From contig JAFATB010000023.1 in assembly GCA_019244185.1 (NCBI GenBank), forward strand, positions 224,001 through 288,000: a stretch of DNA of 64,000 nucleotides, read 5' to 3'. This document shows, in pieces, positions 10,788-19,714 of this stretch; the stretch's first letter is position 1; every line of letters starts with the position of its first letter. This stretch comes from Acidobacteriota bacterium. Its GTDB lineage: Bacteria; Acidobacteriota; Thermoanaerobaculia; Gp7-AA8. Under the pieces are notes generated by a model. The model made no database searches, had not been told where the DNA came from, and saw only the letters and a list, made by a program, of their open reading frames with translations. The position numbers and the translations under genes are program-made.

Positions 10788-11184
10788 GCGCGCTATGGTG
10801 CTCATCGCGCTACTGACGCTTCTCGGCTGTCGTGATAGCGTCAGAATCTATGAAATCCCCAACGGCTACGAAGGGTGGGTGCTGGTCACCTACGATTCGC
10901 GATGTGTTACGAGTACGACGAGCAAGAACGGCACTGAGATATCGGTGAAGAACAATGGCACGGCGTGCGCGACCGAGAAACCTGCGCCGAAATCGTTCTA
11001 CCGCCGATTTTACTACGTTAATGCGAACGGTCAACGAGTTCGCGAACTTCGCGCGACCGGATGGGGGCGGGGAGGCGAAATTTGGAATGAGTCTTCTACT
11101 GTCGACGGCGGCGAGTATCGATTCTTCGTTGGGCGTGAGGACGTGTTCAAGCGATCATATGAGTCGGCGACGATGCAAAAGTAA
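10777..11184 (+). CDS. Putative RHS immunity lipoprotein (DUF6843-like)
   Basis: Overlaps the RHS stop; lipobox LLGC; YEIPNGYEGWVLVTY motif; shares the AT-richer codon usage of the toxin tip. Confidence 0.75.
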   Translation: MSRRRAMVLIALLTLLGCRDSVRIYEIPNGYEGWVLVTYDSRCVTSTTSKNGTEISVKNNGTACATEKPAPKSFYRRFYYVNANGQRVRELRATGWGRGGEIWNESSTVDGGEYRFFVGREDVFKRSYESATMQK

Positions 11185-11450
11185 CTGCGGCCGGATACAG
11201 GCTGCCGTCTACACGAGTGACAGCGTCGGAATCCGCGCGGCATGGCAAGTACGGAGATGCGTTAACCCTGGCTTGCTGTTCCTTTTCACGGTCGTGGTGC
11301 TGACTGGGGCTGCGGTCTAAGCCCTTCATTGCTGAGGCCACCAGCGGCGACGCTGATCGCGTGAAAGTTCAATCCGGCGACACCATGGTTCAGCGGTGAA
11401 AATTGCGGGCTACGAAGAATGTGCGCGAACGTCGAAATGAGCCATCGCCC

Positions 11451-12182
11451 ATGATCCGAACCGCCATCATCGACGACGAACCGATCGCGCGCGACCGGCT
11501 GCGCCGGCTGCTGCACGCGCATCGGGATGTCGACGTGGTTGCCGAATTCGAGGGTGCGGCGGAGACCGTTGAGCGGTGGCACGAACACGATGCCGCGATG
11601 GTGTTTGTCGACATCCGGCTCGGAGAGGACTGGGGCTTCGACGTGATCCGGCGCGTGAACGCGGCGGGCGCGTTCACGCCGGCGATCATTGTGGCCACCG
11701 CGCATCGGGAGCATGGGCAGGAAGCGTTCGAAGTCGGGGCGATCGACTATCTGGTGAAGCCGTTCGATTCCGCGCGTCTCAGTATTGCCATGAGTCGCGC
11801 CCGGCGCTGGCTCGCGGAACAATTCACCGGCGCCGGGCGTGACGAACCGCTCCCCGCGCGGATCGCGGTGCGGCAGCGGAATCGGATGCGCGTCATTCAC
11901 ATCAGCGAGATCGACTGGCTGGAATCGGCCGATAATTACCTGGAACTGCATGTCGGCGGCGAGACGCTGCTGTACAGGGCCACCATCGCGCAGTTTGCCG
12001 AGGGGTATGCGGACCACTTTGTCCGTGTCAGCCGCTCCACGCTTGTCAATCTCGACCGCATCAGCGTGGTCCTGCCGACGGCCGACGGAGATTGCGAGGT
12101 TCTGCTGCACGACGGTACGACGCTGGCGCTGCGCGCGCCGTATCGCGCGAACCTGCGGGCACGGATTCCCGGTTTTTACTGA
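11451..12182 (+). CDS. LytTR-family response regulator
   Basis: Receiver IIDDEPIAR, VFVDI, ATAH, DYLVKPF; LytTR domain IDWLESADNY, FVRVSRSTLVN. Confidence 0.93.
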   Translation: MIRTAIIDDEPIARDRLRRLLHAHRDVDVVAEFEGAAETVERWHEHDAAMVFVDIRLGEDWGFDVIRRVNAAGAFTPAIIVATAHREHGQEAFEVGAIDYLVKPFDSARLSIAMSRARRWLAEQFTGAGRDEPLPARIAVRQRNRMRVIHISEIDWLESADNYLELHVGGETLLYRATIAQFAEGYADHFVRVSRSTLVNLDRISVVLPTADGDCEVLLHDGTTLALRAPYRANLRARIPGFY

Positions 12183-12847
12183 GCCAGCAGGTCCGCCAGC
12201 CCCGCCAGATCGCGCAACTCGTACGTGGGCGTTCCGCCCGGGAGGGCGGGACGCGCGTGGCGGTTGATCCACGCCGTCGGGATGCCGAGGGCGTTGGCGG
12301 GGACGATGTCGTGCACGTTGCTCTGCGCGGCGTGCAGCCAGCGCTGGTCGCCGATGTGCTGCTGGCGCGCCGTCAGAAAGTGCGCGTAGCCGGGCTTGTA
12401 CGAGCGGACCTGCTGCGCGGTGACGATGATGTCGAAGTCGACGGTAAAGTGCCGACGCGTGGCGGCGAGCAGCACGTCGTCGATGTTCGACAGGATTCCG
12501 AGCTTGTAGCCGGCGTCGCGCAGGCGTTCGAGCGCGGCATTGGTGTCGGGGAACGCGCACCATTCCGGCAGCGAGCTGGCGAGGAAAGTGGCGCGTTCGT
12601 ACGCGAGCGGCCAGCCGAGTGCACGCGCGACGCGCGTCGCGGTTTCCGTCAGCACGTCGACATACGGCCGGTACTGCTCGTGTTCGACGACCTCCTCGGT
12701 CTCCGCATACGCGCGCAGCACTTCGTCTCGGTCGAGCGTCACGCCGTCCTCGGATGCCGCGCGCACGAACGCGTCGCCGATGCCGGTCTCCCAGTCGATC
12801 AGCGTGCCGTAGCAGTCGAAGGTGACGACGTCGTATTGCCGAGGCAT
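12176..12847 (-). CDS. HAD-family hydrolase (haloacid dehalogenase type II-like)
   Basis: FDCYGTLIDWE, ILSNID, SYKP, HDIVPA motifs. Confidence 0.9.
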   Translation of the reverse strand: MPRQYDVVTFDCYGTLIDWETGIGDAFVRAASEDGVTLDRDEVLRAYAETEEVVEHEQYRPYVDVLTETATRVARALGWPLAYERATFLASSLPEWCAFPDTNAALERLRDAGYKLGILSNIDDVLLAATRRHFTVDFDIIVTAQQVRSYKPGYAHFLTARQQHIGDQRWLHAAQSNVHDIVPANALGIPTAWINRHARPALPGGTPTYELRDLAGLADLLAQ

Positions 12848-12907
12848 GGCGTGAGGGATATCACAAAACCGGCGGCGGACCGCGGTGTTAAGCTGGCGCG
12901 GGGTCAC

Positions 12908-13891
12908 ATGCAGGAAACAGTGGCAGCTCGCAATCTGCGGACGGCGGAGCGATTCCTCGTCTCGCCGCCGCTCGCCGCGAAGTACGGCGGCGCGCCGGTC
13001 GCCGTGTGCGATCTCTCGGAGAAAGGCGCGCGTTTCCGCCACGAACAGCCGCTCGAGACCGGCGCGAAGGCGCTGCTGCAGCTCGAGGTCGAAGGACGCG
13101 CGCAGCCGCTGACGATCGAAGGCGTGGTCGTGTGGACGCAGCCCGAGGGCACGCGGTTCGTGTCGGGCGTCCGGATGTACGGCTCTCAGGAGCTCATGAC
13201 TGCCCTCCTCGCGCAACTCCAGACCTCCCGCCGCGCGAAGCGGGTGGAAGAATTGCGTTCCACCGATCGCTTCGCCGTCGCGCCGCCGCTCATCGGCATG
13301 TGGGGCGAGCAGGCGGTGCTCATCGAAGACCTCTCCGCGCGCGGCGCGCGCATCGAGGTCGCGAACGAGCCGCTGCGCGGCGACAGCGGCGAGCTGCGCT
13401 TCCGCGTCCCCGAGTCGTCGCTCAAGCTCGAAGTCGCGGGACAAGTCGCGTGGACGGCGGTGAAAGCCGTCGGCGCCGCGACGAGTTTTCGCGCGGGGCT
13501 GTTCATCAATGAGAAGCCGGAACAACTGCGCCTCGCGATCGGTCGTCTCTGCGACACCGGCCGCGCCGCGCTCGACACGCAGTCGCTGCGCCTCAAGCTC
13601 AAGATCATCCGCGCCCGGGCCCGCAACCTTGCCGCCGCGCAACCCCATGCCGAGTCGTTCGGCATCCCCGCCGAGCAATACCTGCTGATCCAGGGCGTGC
13701 GTGAAGAGCTGCGCCTCAACGCGGAAGAGGCGATGTACTGGTACCGTCGCGCGCGCATGATCATCAATGACCCCGCCACCCGCGCCGCCGCCCCGCCCAT
13801 CGCCAGCCACCCCGACGCGCTCGCGGTGTGGGAGTACCTCGACCGGTCGGTCGATCCGTCGATCGTGGGACGGGCGTTCGAGCTGCCCTGA
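12908..13891 (+). CDS. Tandem PilZ-domain protein with a helical C-terminal domain
   Basis: Two RxxxR (RTAER, RSTDR) and DxSxxG (DLSEKG, DLSARG) motif sets, each followed by a GxVxW strand. Confidence 0.75.
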   Translation: MQETVAARNLRTAERFLVSPPLAAKYGGAPVAVCDLSEKGARFRHEQPLETGAKALLQLEVEGRAQPLTIEGVVVWTQPEGTRFVSGVRMYGSQELMTALLAQLQTSRRAKRVEELRSTDRFAVAPPLIGMWGEQAVLIEDLSARGARIEVANEPLRGDSGELRFRVPESSLKLEVAGQVAWTAVKAVGAATSFRAGLFINEKPEQLRLAIGRLCDTGRAALDTQSLRLKLKIIRARARNLAAAQPHAESFGIPAEQYLLIQGVREELRLNAEEAMYWYRRARMIINDPATRAAAPPIASHPDALAVWEYLDRSVDPSIVGRAFELP

Positions 13892-13922
13892 GCTGAGCGC
13901 ACGCCGCGCGTATCATGACTGC

Positions 13923-14126
13923 ATGAAGCTGAAGATCGTGCTCGAGGCCAGTGACGAAGGCGGTTTCACGGCGTACGTTCCTGCACTGCCGGGCTGCATC
14001 AGCGAGGGCGACGATCGAGACGAGGCGCTGCGCAACATTCGCGAGGCGATCGAGCTCTATCTCGAGCCGGTGGAGGACGACGTCGTCGCGCACGAAGGCT
14101 TGGAGATCGCGGAACTGGTCGTGTGA
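13923..14126 (+). CDS. hicB: HicB-family antitoxin
   Basis: MKLKIVLEASDEGGFTAYVPALPGCISEGDDRDEALRNIREAIELYL is the typical short HicB. Confidence 0.9.
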   Translation: MKLKIVLEASDEGGFTAYVPALPGCISEGDDRDEALRNIREAIELYLEPVEDDVVAHEGLEIAELVV

Positions 14127-14225
14127 GCAAGGTTCCGTCGGCCGCCGCCAGTGCAAGCCGAATCAATCGCTTCAACTCTCGCCAAAATCCCGGTCGACGC
14201 CGACGCAGTTCTCTGCTTGTTGTAA
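14123..14225 (+). pseudogene. hicA: Decayed hicA toxin remnant
   Basis: GTGA overlap with the hicB stop gives MSKVPS (HicA-like N-terminus); the +1 frame gives ...STLAKIPVDADAVLCLL* resembling a HicA C-terminus; the central GSH motif is missing. Confidence 0.5.
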
Positions 14226-14266
14226 CGAGCTGCCCTGACGCGTCCCATTCGCGAGACAATGTCCCC

Positions 14267-15307
14267 ATGGCCGACGTCACCTTCGACAACGTCGCGAAAA
14301 AGTATGGCGAGGTCTCGGTCATCGAGAGCCTCAATTTGCACATCGACGACGGCGAGCTGATGGTGCTCGTCGGGCCGTCGGGGTGCGGGAAGTCGACGGC
14401 GTTGCGGATGATCGCGGGGCTCGAGGACGTGACCGGCGGCACCATTTCGATCGGCGGGCGAGCGGTGAACGCGCTGCCGCCGCGCGACCGCGACATCGCG
14501 ATGGTGTTTCAGAGCTACGCGCTCTATCCGCACATGTCGGTGCGCGAGAATCTCGCCTTCGGACTGAAGATGCGGCGCGTGGCCGCAGCGGAGATCGAGA
14601 AGCGCGTCACGTCTGCGGCCGAGATCCTCGGCATCAGTCACGTGCTCGAGCGCAAGCCGAAGGAGCTCTCGGGCGGACAGCGGCAGCGCGTCGCGGTCGG
14701 GCGCGCGATCGTGCGGCAGCCGGCAGTGTTTCTCTTCGACGAGCCGCTCTCGAATCTCGACGCGAAGCTGCGCGTGCAGACGCGCGGCGAGATCACGCGG
14801 CTGCAGCAATCGCTCGGCACGACGTCGGTCTACGTCACGCACGATCAGGTCGAGGCGATGACGATGGGGCATCGCATCACGGTGATGCGCGACGGCAAGA
14901 TCCAGCAGGTCGGCACGCCGCGCGAGGTGTACGAGCGTCCCGCGAATGCGTTCGTCGCGCAGTTCATCGGCACGCCGCCGATGAATCTCATCCACGCGAC
15001 GGTCGACGGCGGCTCGCTGCGCGCGCCGTCCTTCGCGATTCCCCTCGGCGTGCAACTCGCGAACGGCACGCGCGTCCTCGCGGGCATTCGTCCCGAGGAC
15101 ATCACGCGCGGCGATGCGATCCATGCGACGGTGGATGTGGTCGAACCGGTGGGCCACGAATCGATCGTCTACGCGACGGCGGGGTCGGAGAAGCTCGTGG
15201 CCATCTTCGAGCCGCGCGAGGCGCCGCGCGCGGGCGAGACGATCTCGCTCAGCGTCGCACCGGAGCGCGTGCATCTCTTCGACGAAGCGGGCGTGCGCGT
15301 CAACTGA
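14267..15307 (+). CDS. Carbohydrate ABC transporter ATPase (MsiK/MalK/UgpC family)
   Basis: GPSGCGKST, VFQSYALYPHM, LSGGQRQRVA, DEPLSNLDAKLR, YVTHDQ. Confidence 0.95.
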   Translation: MADVTFDNVAKKYGEVSVIESLNLHIDDGELMVLVGPSGCGKSTALRMIAGLEDVTGGTISIGGRAVNALPPRDRDIAMVFQSYALYPHMSVRENLAFGLKMRRVAAAEIEKRVTSAAEILGISHVLERKPKELSGGQRQRVAVGRAIVRQPAVFLFDEPLSNLDAKLRVQTRGEITRLQQSLGTTSVYVTHDQVEAMTMGHRITVMRDGKIQQVGTPREVYERPANAFVAQFIGTPPMNLIHATVDGGSLRAPSFAIPLGVQLANGTRVLAGIRPEDITRGDAIHATVDVVEPVGHESIVYATAGSEKLVAIFEPREAPRAGETISLSVAPERVHLFDEAGVRVN

Positions 15308-15313
15308 TGCGCG

Positions 15314-16135
15314 TCAGCCTTTGACGCTGCCCTGCATGATCCCGGCGATGTAGAAGCGCTGCAGCGCGATGAAGAGCAGCAGCACCGGCAGCACGGTGAC
15401 GACGGAGCCGGCCATCATCAGCTCGACGTCCAGCACGTGCTCGCCGGAGAGGTTCGCGAGCGCGACCGGCAGCGTGTAGTGCGTCTGATCGGAGAGGATG
15501 ATCAGCGGCCACATGAAGTCGTTCCACGTCGACATGAACATGAACGTGGCCAGCGTCGCGAGAATCGGCCGCGCCAGCGGCAGCACGATGGTCCAGTAGA
15601 TCCGCCATTCGCTCGCGCCGTCGAGCCGCGCCGCCTCGAGCAGATCGTCCGGCACGCTGAGCATGAACTGGCGGATGAGGAAGATGCCGAACACCGTCAC
15701 CATCGACGGGATGATCGCGCCCCAGTAGCTGTTCACGAGGCCGAACGTCTTCATCAGCAGAAAGAGCGGCAGCATGCCGACCTGCGGCGGAATCACGAGC
15801 GCGATGAGCAGAAGGCCGAAGATTCGCTGCTTGCCGCCGAAGCGGAGCTTCGCGAACGCGTAGCCGGCCATCGAACCGAAGAGCACCGAAAAGATCGTCA
15901 CGGCGATGGCCACGATCGCGCTGCTGAGAAACGCGCGGCCGATGTTGAGGCGCAGGAACAGCTCGCGGTATTGCGCGAGCGTGCCGTGATGCGGCAGGAA
16001 ATGCGGCGGAAACGTCGTCGCCTCGCCGGACGTCATGAACGACGCGGACAACATCCAGAAGAGCGGGAAGAGCGTGATCAGGCCGCCCGCGATGAGGACG
16101 CCGTGCAGCACGATCGTGTCGACGCGCCGCGTCAT
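15314..16135 (-). CDS. Carbohydrate ABC transporter permease (MalG-like)
   Basis: AGYAFAKL, EAARLDGA and WNDFMWP motifs. Confidence 0.93.
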   Translation of the reverse strand: MTRRVDTIVLHGVLIAGGLITLFPLFWMLSASFMTSGEATTFPPHFLPHHGTLAQYRELFLRLNIGRAFLSSAIVAIAVTIFSVLFGSMAGYAFAKLRFGGKQRIFGLLLIALVIPPQVGMLPLFLLMKTFGLVNSYWGAIIPSMVTVFGIFLIRQFMLSVPDDLLEAARLDGASEWRIYWTIVLPLARPILATLATFMFMSTWNDFMWPLIILSDQTHYTLPVALANLSGEHVLDVELMMAGSVVTVLPVLLLFIALQRFYIAGIMQGSVKG

Positions 16136-17004
16136 CGCTTCTCCTGCATCTTCAGCTGCACCAGCGTGGCCGCGCCGATGACGAGGAACAGCACGAACGC
16201 CACCGCCGCCGCGTAGCCCATCTTCCAGAACTTGAAGCCCTGCTCGTACATCAGCATGACCATGGTCACGGTCTTGTTGAGCGGGCCGCCGCGCGTCATG
16301 ACGTACGGCTCCGCGAAGATCTGCAGCTGCCCGATGGCGACGACGATGCCGACGAAGAGAAACGTCGGCGCGAGCAGCGGCAGCGTGACGTGCCGGAACT
16401 GTTTCCACGCCCCCGCGCCGTCCAGCCTCGCCGCCTCATACAGCTCCTCGGGGATCTGCTGCAGCCCCGCGACGAAGATGATCATCGTGTAGCCGAAGCC
16501 CTTCCACACCGCGAGGATGATGATGGCCAGCATCGCCAGCTTCGGGTTGCCGAGCCAGTCCGGCTGCGGCAGGCCGAGCGTGTCGAGCGCGCGGTTCAGC
16601 ATGCCGAAGCGCGGGTGGTAGATGTACTTGAAGACGATCGACACCGCGACGAGCGTCGTCACCACCGGCGCGAAGTAGACGGTGCGGAAGAGCGCCTTGA
16701 AGCGCGCCGCCTTCGCGTTGATGAGCAGCGCCGCCGCGAGCGAGACCGCGACGGTGAGCGGGCCGCCGACGAGCGCGAAGTACATCGTGTTGACGAACGA
16801 CGTCCAGAAGATGCTGCTGCCGATGAGCTCGCGGTAGTTGTCGAAGCCGACGAGCCGGATGTTGTGCGGATCGCCGATCGTGTAGAGATCGAAGTCGGTG
16901 AGGCTGAGCGCAAAGCCGGCGACGACCGGCGCGAAGAAGAAGACCGTGAGCAGCACCAGCGCGGGCGCGAGAAAGAGCAGCGCGGCGCGGCGTTCCGATT
17001 TCAC
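16132..17004 (-). CDS. Carbohydrate ABC transporter permease (MalF-like)
   Basis: GFDNY, LYEAARLDGA, FRHVTLPLL; GTG start overlaps the upstream stop. Confidence 0.92.
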   Translation of the reverse strand: MKSERRAALLFLAPALVLLTVFFFAPVVAGFALSLTDFDLYTIGDPHNIRLVGFDNYRELIGSSIFWTSFVNTMYFALVGGPLTVAVSLAAALLINAKAARFKALFRTVYFAPVVTTLVAVSIVFKYIYHPRFGMLNRALDTLGLPQPDWLGNPKLAMLAIIILAVWKGFGYTMIIFVAGLQQIPEELYEAARLDGAGAWKQFRHVTLPLLAPTFLFVGIVVAIGQLQIFAEPYVMTRGGPLNKTVTMVMLMYEQGFKFWKMGYAAAVAFVLFLVIGAATLVQLKMQEKR

Positions 17005-18278
17005 GAGCGACCTCGTTTCCGCGACACGATCCAGCGGCGTTTCTCGAGCAGCAGATCGGCGCGATGGTCGAGCTCCGCGACGGCGGCGGCGACGCTCGTC
17101 GTGCCGCGCGCGGCCGCTTCGCCGCGGTCGTAGATCGCCGTGGCGATCTGTTCCCACTCCGGCACCTGCGGCAGCGGGCGCACCGACTCGAGTTGCGTGC
17201 GGAACGCGGGGAAGCGCGGCTCGGCGACGAGCGCGGGCGCCGTCCACGCGCTGCGGCGCGCGGGGAGATCGCCGGTGACCTCGAAGAAGCGCACCTGCTG
17301 CGCGGGCTCGGAGAGGAACTCGATCAGCTTGCGCGCGGCTTCTTTGTGCAGCGACGCGCGGAAAACGACGAGGCTCGAGCCGCCTGCCATGGAGACGCTC
17401 GGCGTCTGTGCGTCGCGCGCGGGCACCGGTGCGGTGGCCCACTTGTCCTGCATGTCCGCGGGCAGGCGGCGGCGGAACTCGCCGACGTTCCACGGGCCGG
17501 TGATGTACATGGCGAACTCGCCCTGCGCGAATTGCTGGTAGAGGTTCGCGATCTGCGCGTTGCTCACCGACGGCGCGTAGCCGCGATGAAAGAGGTCGAT
17601 GTAGTACGCGAAGGCGTTCGCGAACTGCGGCTGCCGGAACGCGCCGCGCGTGCCGTCGGGCGTCAGCAGCGTCGAGCCGTTCGACATCGCCAAGACGACC
17701 GGCGGCTCCCACTCGTTCGTCGGCATGAGGATCGCGAAGCGGCAGCGCTTCTCCGCCAGAATGCGACGGCTCGCCTCCGCGAACTCCGCCCACGTGCGCG
17801 GGCCGTTCGGATAGCCGACCGCCGCGAGGATGTCGCTGCGGTAGAAAAGTACCCTGGTATCCACGTACCACGGTACGCCGTAGAGCGCGCCGCCGACGAC
17901 GTTCGTGGCCCAGATGCCGGGGAAGTAGTCGCGCGCGTCGAGCGTCTTCGATTGGGCGACGAACGGGTTGAGATCGTCGAGCGCGTTCATCGCGGCGAAT
18001 TCGGGGATCCAGGTGTTGCCCATCTGCGCGACGTCGGGCGACGCGTTGCCAACGTGCGCGGTGAGGAGCTTCTCGTGCGCGGCCGTCCACGGGATCTGCT
18101 GGACGACGACGTCGATCTCGGGATGGCGCTTCTCGAAGTCGGGGATCATCTCCGCGACGACTTCGCCTTCGCGCCCGAGTCCCCAGAATTCGATGCGCTC
18201 GACGCCGGCGCGCCCGCGGTCGCGCGTGCCGCACGACAGCACGAGGAGCGCGATCGCCAGCCAGCGCAGACGCGTCAA
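17001..18278 (-). CDS. Carbohydrate ABC transporter substrate-binding lipoprotein
   Basis: Lipobox LVLSC; QQIPW, PDVAQMGNTW, YGVPWYVDTRVLFY, GPW motifs. Confidence 0.9.
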   Translation of the reverse strand: MTRLRWLAIALLVLSCGTRDRGRAGVERIEFWGLGREGEVVAEMIPDFEKRHPEIDVVVQQIPWTAAHEKLLTAHVGNASPDVAQMGNTWIPEFAAMNALDDLNPFVAQSKTLDARDYFPGIWATNVVGGALYGVPWYVDTRVLFYRSDILAAVGYPNGPRTWAEFAEASRRILAEKRCRFAILMPTNEWEPPVVLAMSNGSTLLTPDGTRGAFRQPQFANAFAYYIDLFHRGYAPSVSNAQIANLYQQFAQGEFAMYITGPWNVGEFRRRLPADMQDKWATAPVPARDAQTPSVSMAGGSSLVVFRASLHKEAARKLIEFLSEPAQQVRFFEVTGDLPARRSAWTAPALVAEPRFPAFRTQLESVRPLPQVPEWEQIATAIYDRGEAAARGTTSVAAAVAELDHRADLLLEKRRWIVSRKRGRS

Positions 18279-19708
18279 TGACCCTCCAGCCAGCCGCCGG
18301 TGAAGCCCGCGCGCTGCAGGCCGCGCACGATGTGCGGACTCTTGCGCATCATCCGCCACACGAGACCGCTGCGGTGGTTTTCGATCATGGTGATGATCGG
18401 TCCCTGGTCGATGCCGAGGTAGTCGTCGTCGAACCAGCCGATGCCGGGGACGACGGCGCCCTGAGGCGTTTTCATGTCGACGTTCAGCGTCTCGTTGAAC
18501 GCGTCGATGTAGCCGTAGCGGCGATAGACGTGCGCGCCGAGGCGGCGGTTCATCTCCTCGATCGCGGGGATGGCGATCTCCGGCGCGAACGCGACGGACG
18601 ACACGGCGGCCGTCGGCGCGATGGTGCCGTCGTCGTTGATCTCGCCCGCGGCGGCGCCGCGCGCGGTGTAAGTCTTGAACTGCCGCTCGCGGCCGTCGAT
18701 GGTCACGCTGCCGTCGAGCGGACCGTCGCACGCAGTGAGTCCCCAGAGGTTCCCGCCGTAGCCGCGGAAGCCCGCCGGATTCGCGGTCGCGTACGCGCGC
18801 TGCGCGTACGTCGCGCGGCGCGAGTTCTCGAAGTAGTCGATCCCTTTCTCGCGCATGTACGCGTCCTGGATCCCGCGGAAGTCGATCCAGACGTGCGAGT
18901 ACTGATGGCCGAAGAGCGGCGGGAAGTTGACGTGCGATTGCCCGTAGAACTCGGCCCAGCGATAGGTCTTCTGATAGGCGGTCCACCCCGCGGGATCGAC
19001 GGGATGCGTCGGCGATCCGAGGGCGAGGATGTAGAGGAGCATGGCCTCGTTGTAGCCGGTGTAGTCCCAGTCGTGGAGGCCGTGCTCGGGCGTCCAGCCC
19101 ATGCTGATGAGCGGCGGGCGTTCGTGGAAGAACGTCCACTCCGCGTTGCGATACAGCGTCTCCGCGAGCGCGCGGATCTCACGCTCCTTCGGCGTATCGC
19201 GATCGAAGTACTGCTCGCAGAACAGCGCGCCGGCGAGCATGAGCGTCGTATCGATGGTCGACAGTTCGACGTCCTTGAAGCGCGCGCCGGTGTCCATGTC
19301 GAGGAAGTGGTAGTAGAAGCCTTTGTACGACGTCATGCCTTGCGGCGCGTCACCGGACTTCGCGTCGCGGAAGAAGCGGAGCGTCGTGAGCACGCGGTCG
19401 GCCGCGGCGTCGCGCGTCACCCAGCCGCGTTCCGCGCCGATGCCGTACGCGGTGAGGCCGAAGCCGACGGCGGCGATGCTGGAGAACGACTTCGTCGGCC
19501 AGCGGTCGGGCACGAGTCCGTTCTGCGGATTCGCGTTGTCCCAGAACCACCGGAAGGTGTCGTGCTCGATGCGGTCGAGCAGCGCGTCGGCATTCGCGGT
19601 TGGTAGCGGCGGCGGCGCGGCAGCGGACGGCGGCGGGGTCGTGCCGCACGACGACGCGAAAAAAAGGAGAGCGGCGAGTGCCGCTCTCCCGATGGAACGA
19701 ACAGTCAT
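18275..19708 (-). CDS. Glucoamylase-like/GH144-type (beta-1,2-glucanase clan) lipoprotein
   Basis: SIAAVGF, GFYYHF, STIDT, YNEA, PLFGHQYSH, WGLTA, GTIAPTA, LGIDQGP motifs; lipobox ASSC. Confidence 0.8.
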   Translation of the reverse strand: MTVRSIGRAALAALLFFASSCGTTPPPSAAAPPPLPTANADALLDRIEHDTFRWFWDNANPQNGLVPDRWPTKSFSSIAAVGFGLTAYGIGAERGWVTRDAAADRVLTTLRFFRDAKSGDAPQGMTSYKGFYYHFLDMDTGARFKDVELSTIDTTLMLAGALFCEQYFDRDTPKEREIRALAETLYRNAEWTFFHERPPLISMGWTPEHGLHDWDYTGYNEAMLLYILALGSPTHPVDPAGWTAYQKTYRWAEFYGQSHVNFPPLFGHQYSHVWIDFRGIQDAYMREKGIDYFENSRRATYAQRAYATANPAGFRGYGGNLWGLTACDGPLDGSVTIDGRERQFKTYTARGAAAGEINDDGTIAPTAAVSSVAFAPEIAIPAIEEMNRRLGAHVYRRYGYIDAFNETLNVDMKTPQGAVVPGIGWFDDDYLGIDQGPIITMIENHRSGLVWRMMRKSPHIVRGLQRAGFTGGWLEGH

Positions 19709-19714
19709 GCGACG

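Noticed and set aside
11185-11450. Possible orphan RHS tip or immunity fragment after the immunity gene
   Set aside because: No RHS core remnant or convincing ORF with an RBS.
14219-14230. Operator half-sites TGTAAC/TTTACAT (also near 28790 and 36772)
   Set aside because: Half-sites only, and each coincides with a TAA stop codon context; chance is sufficient.
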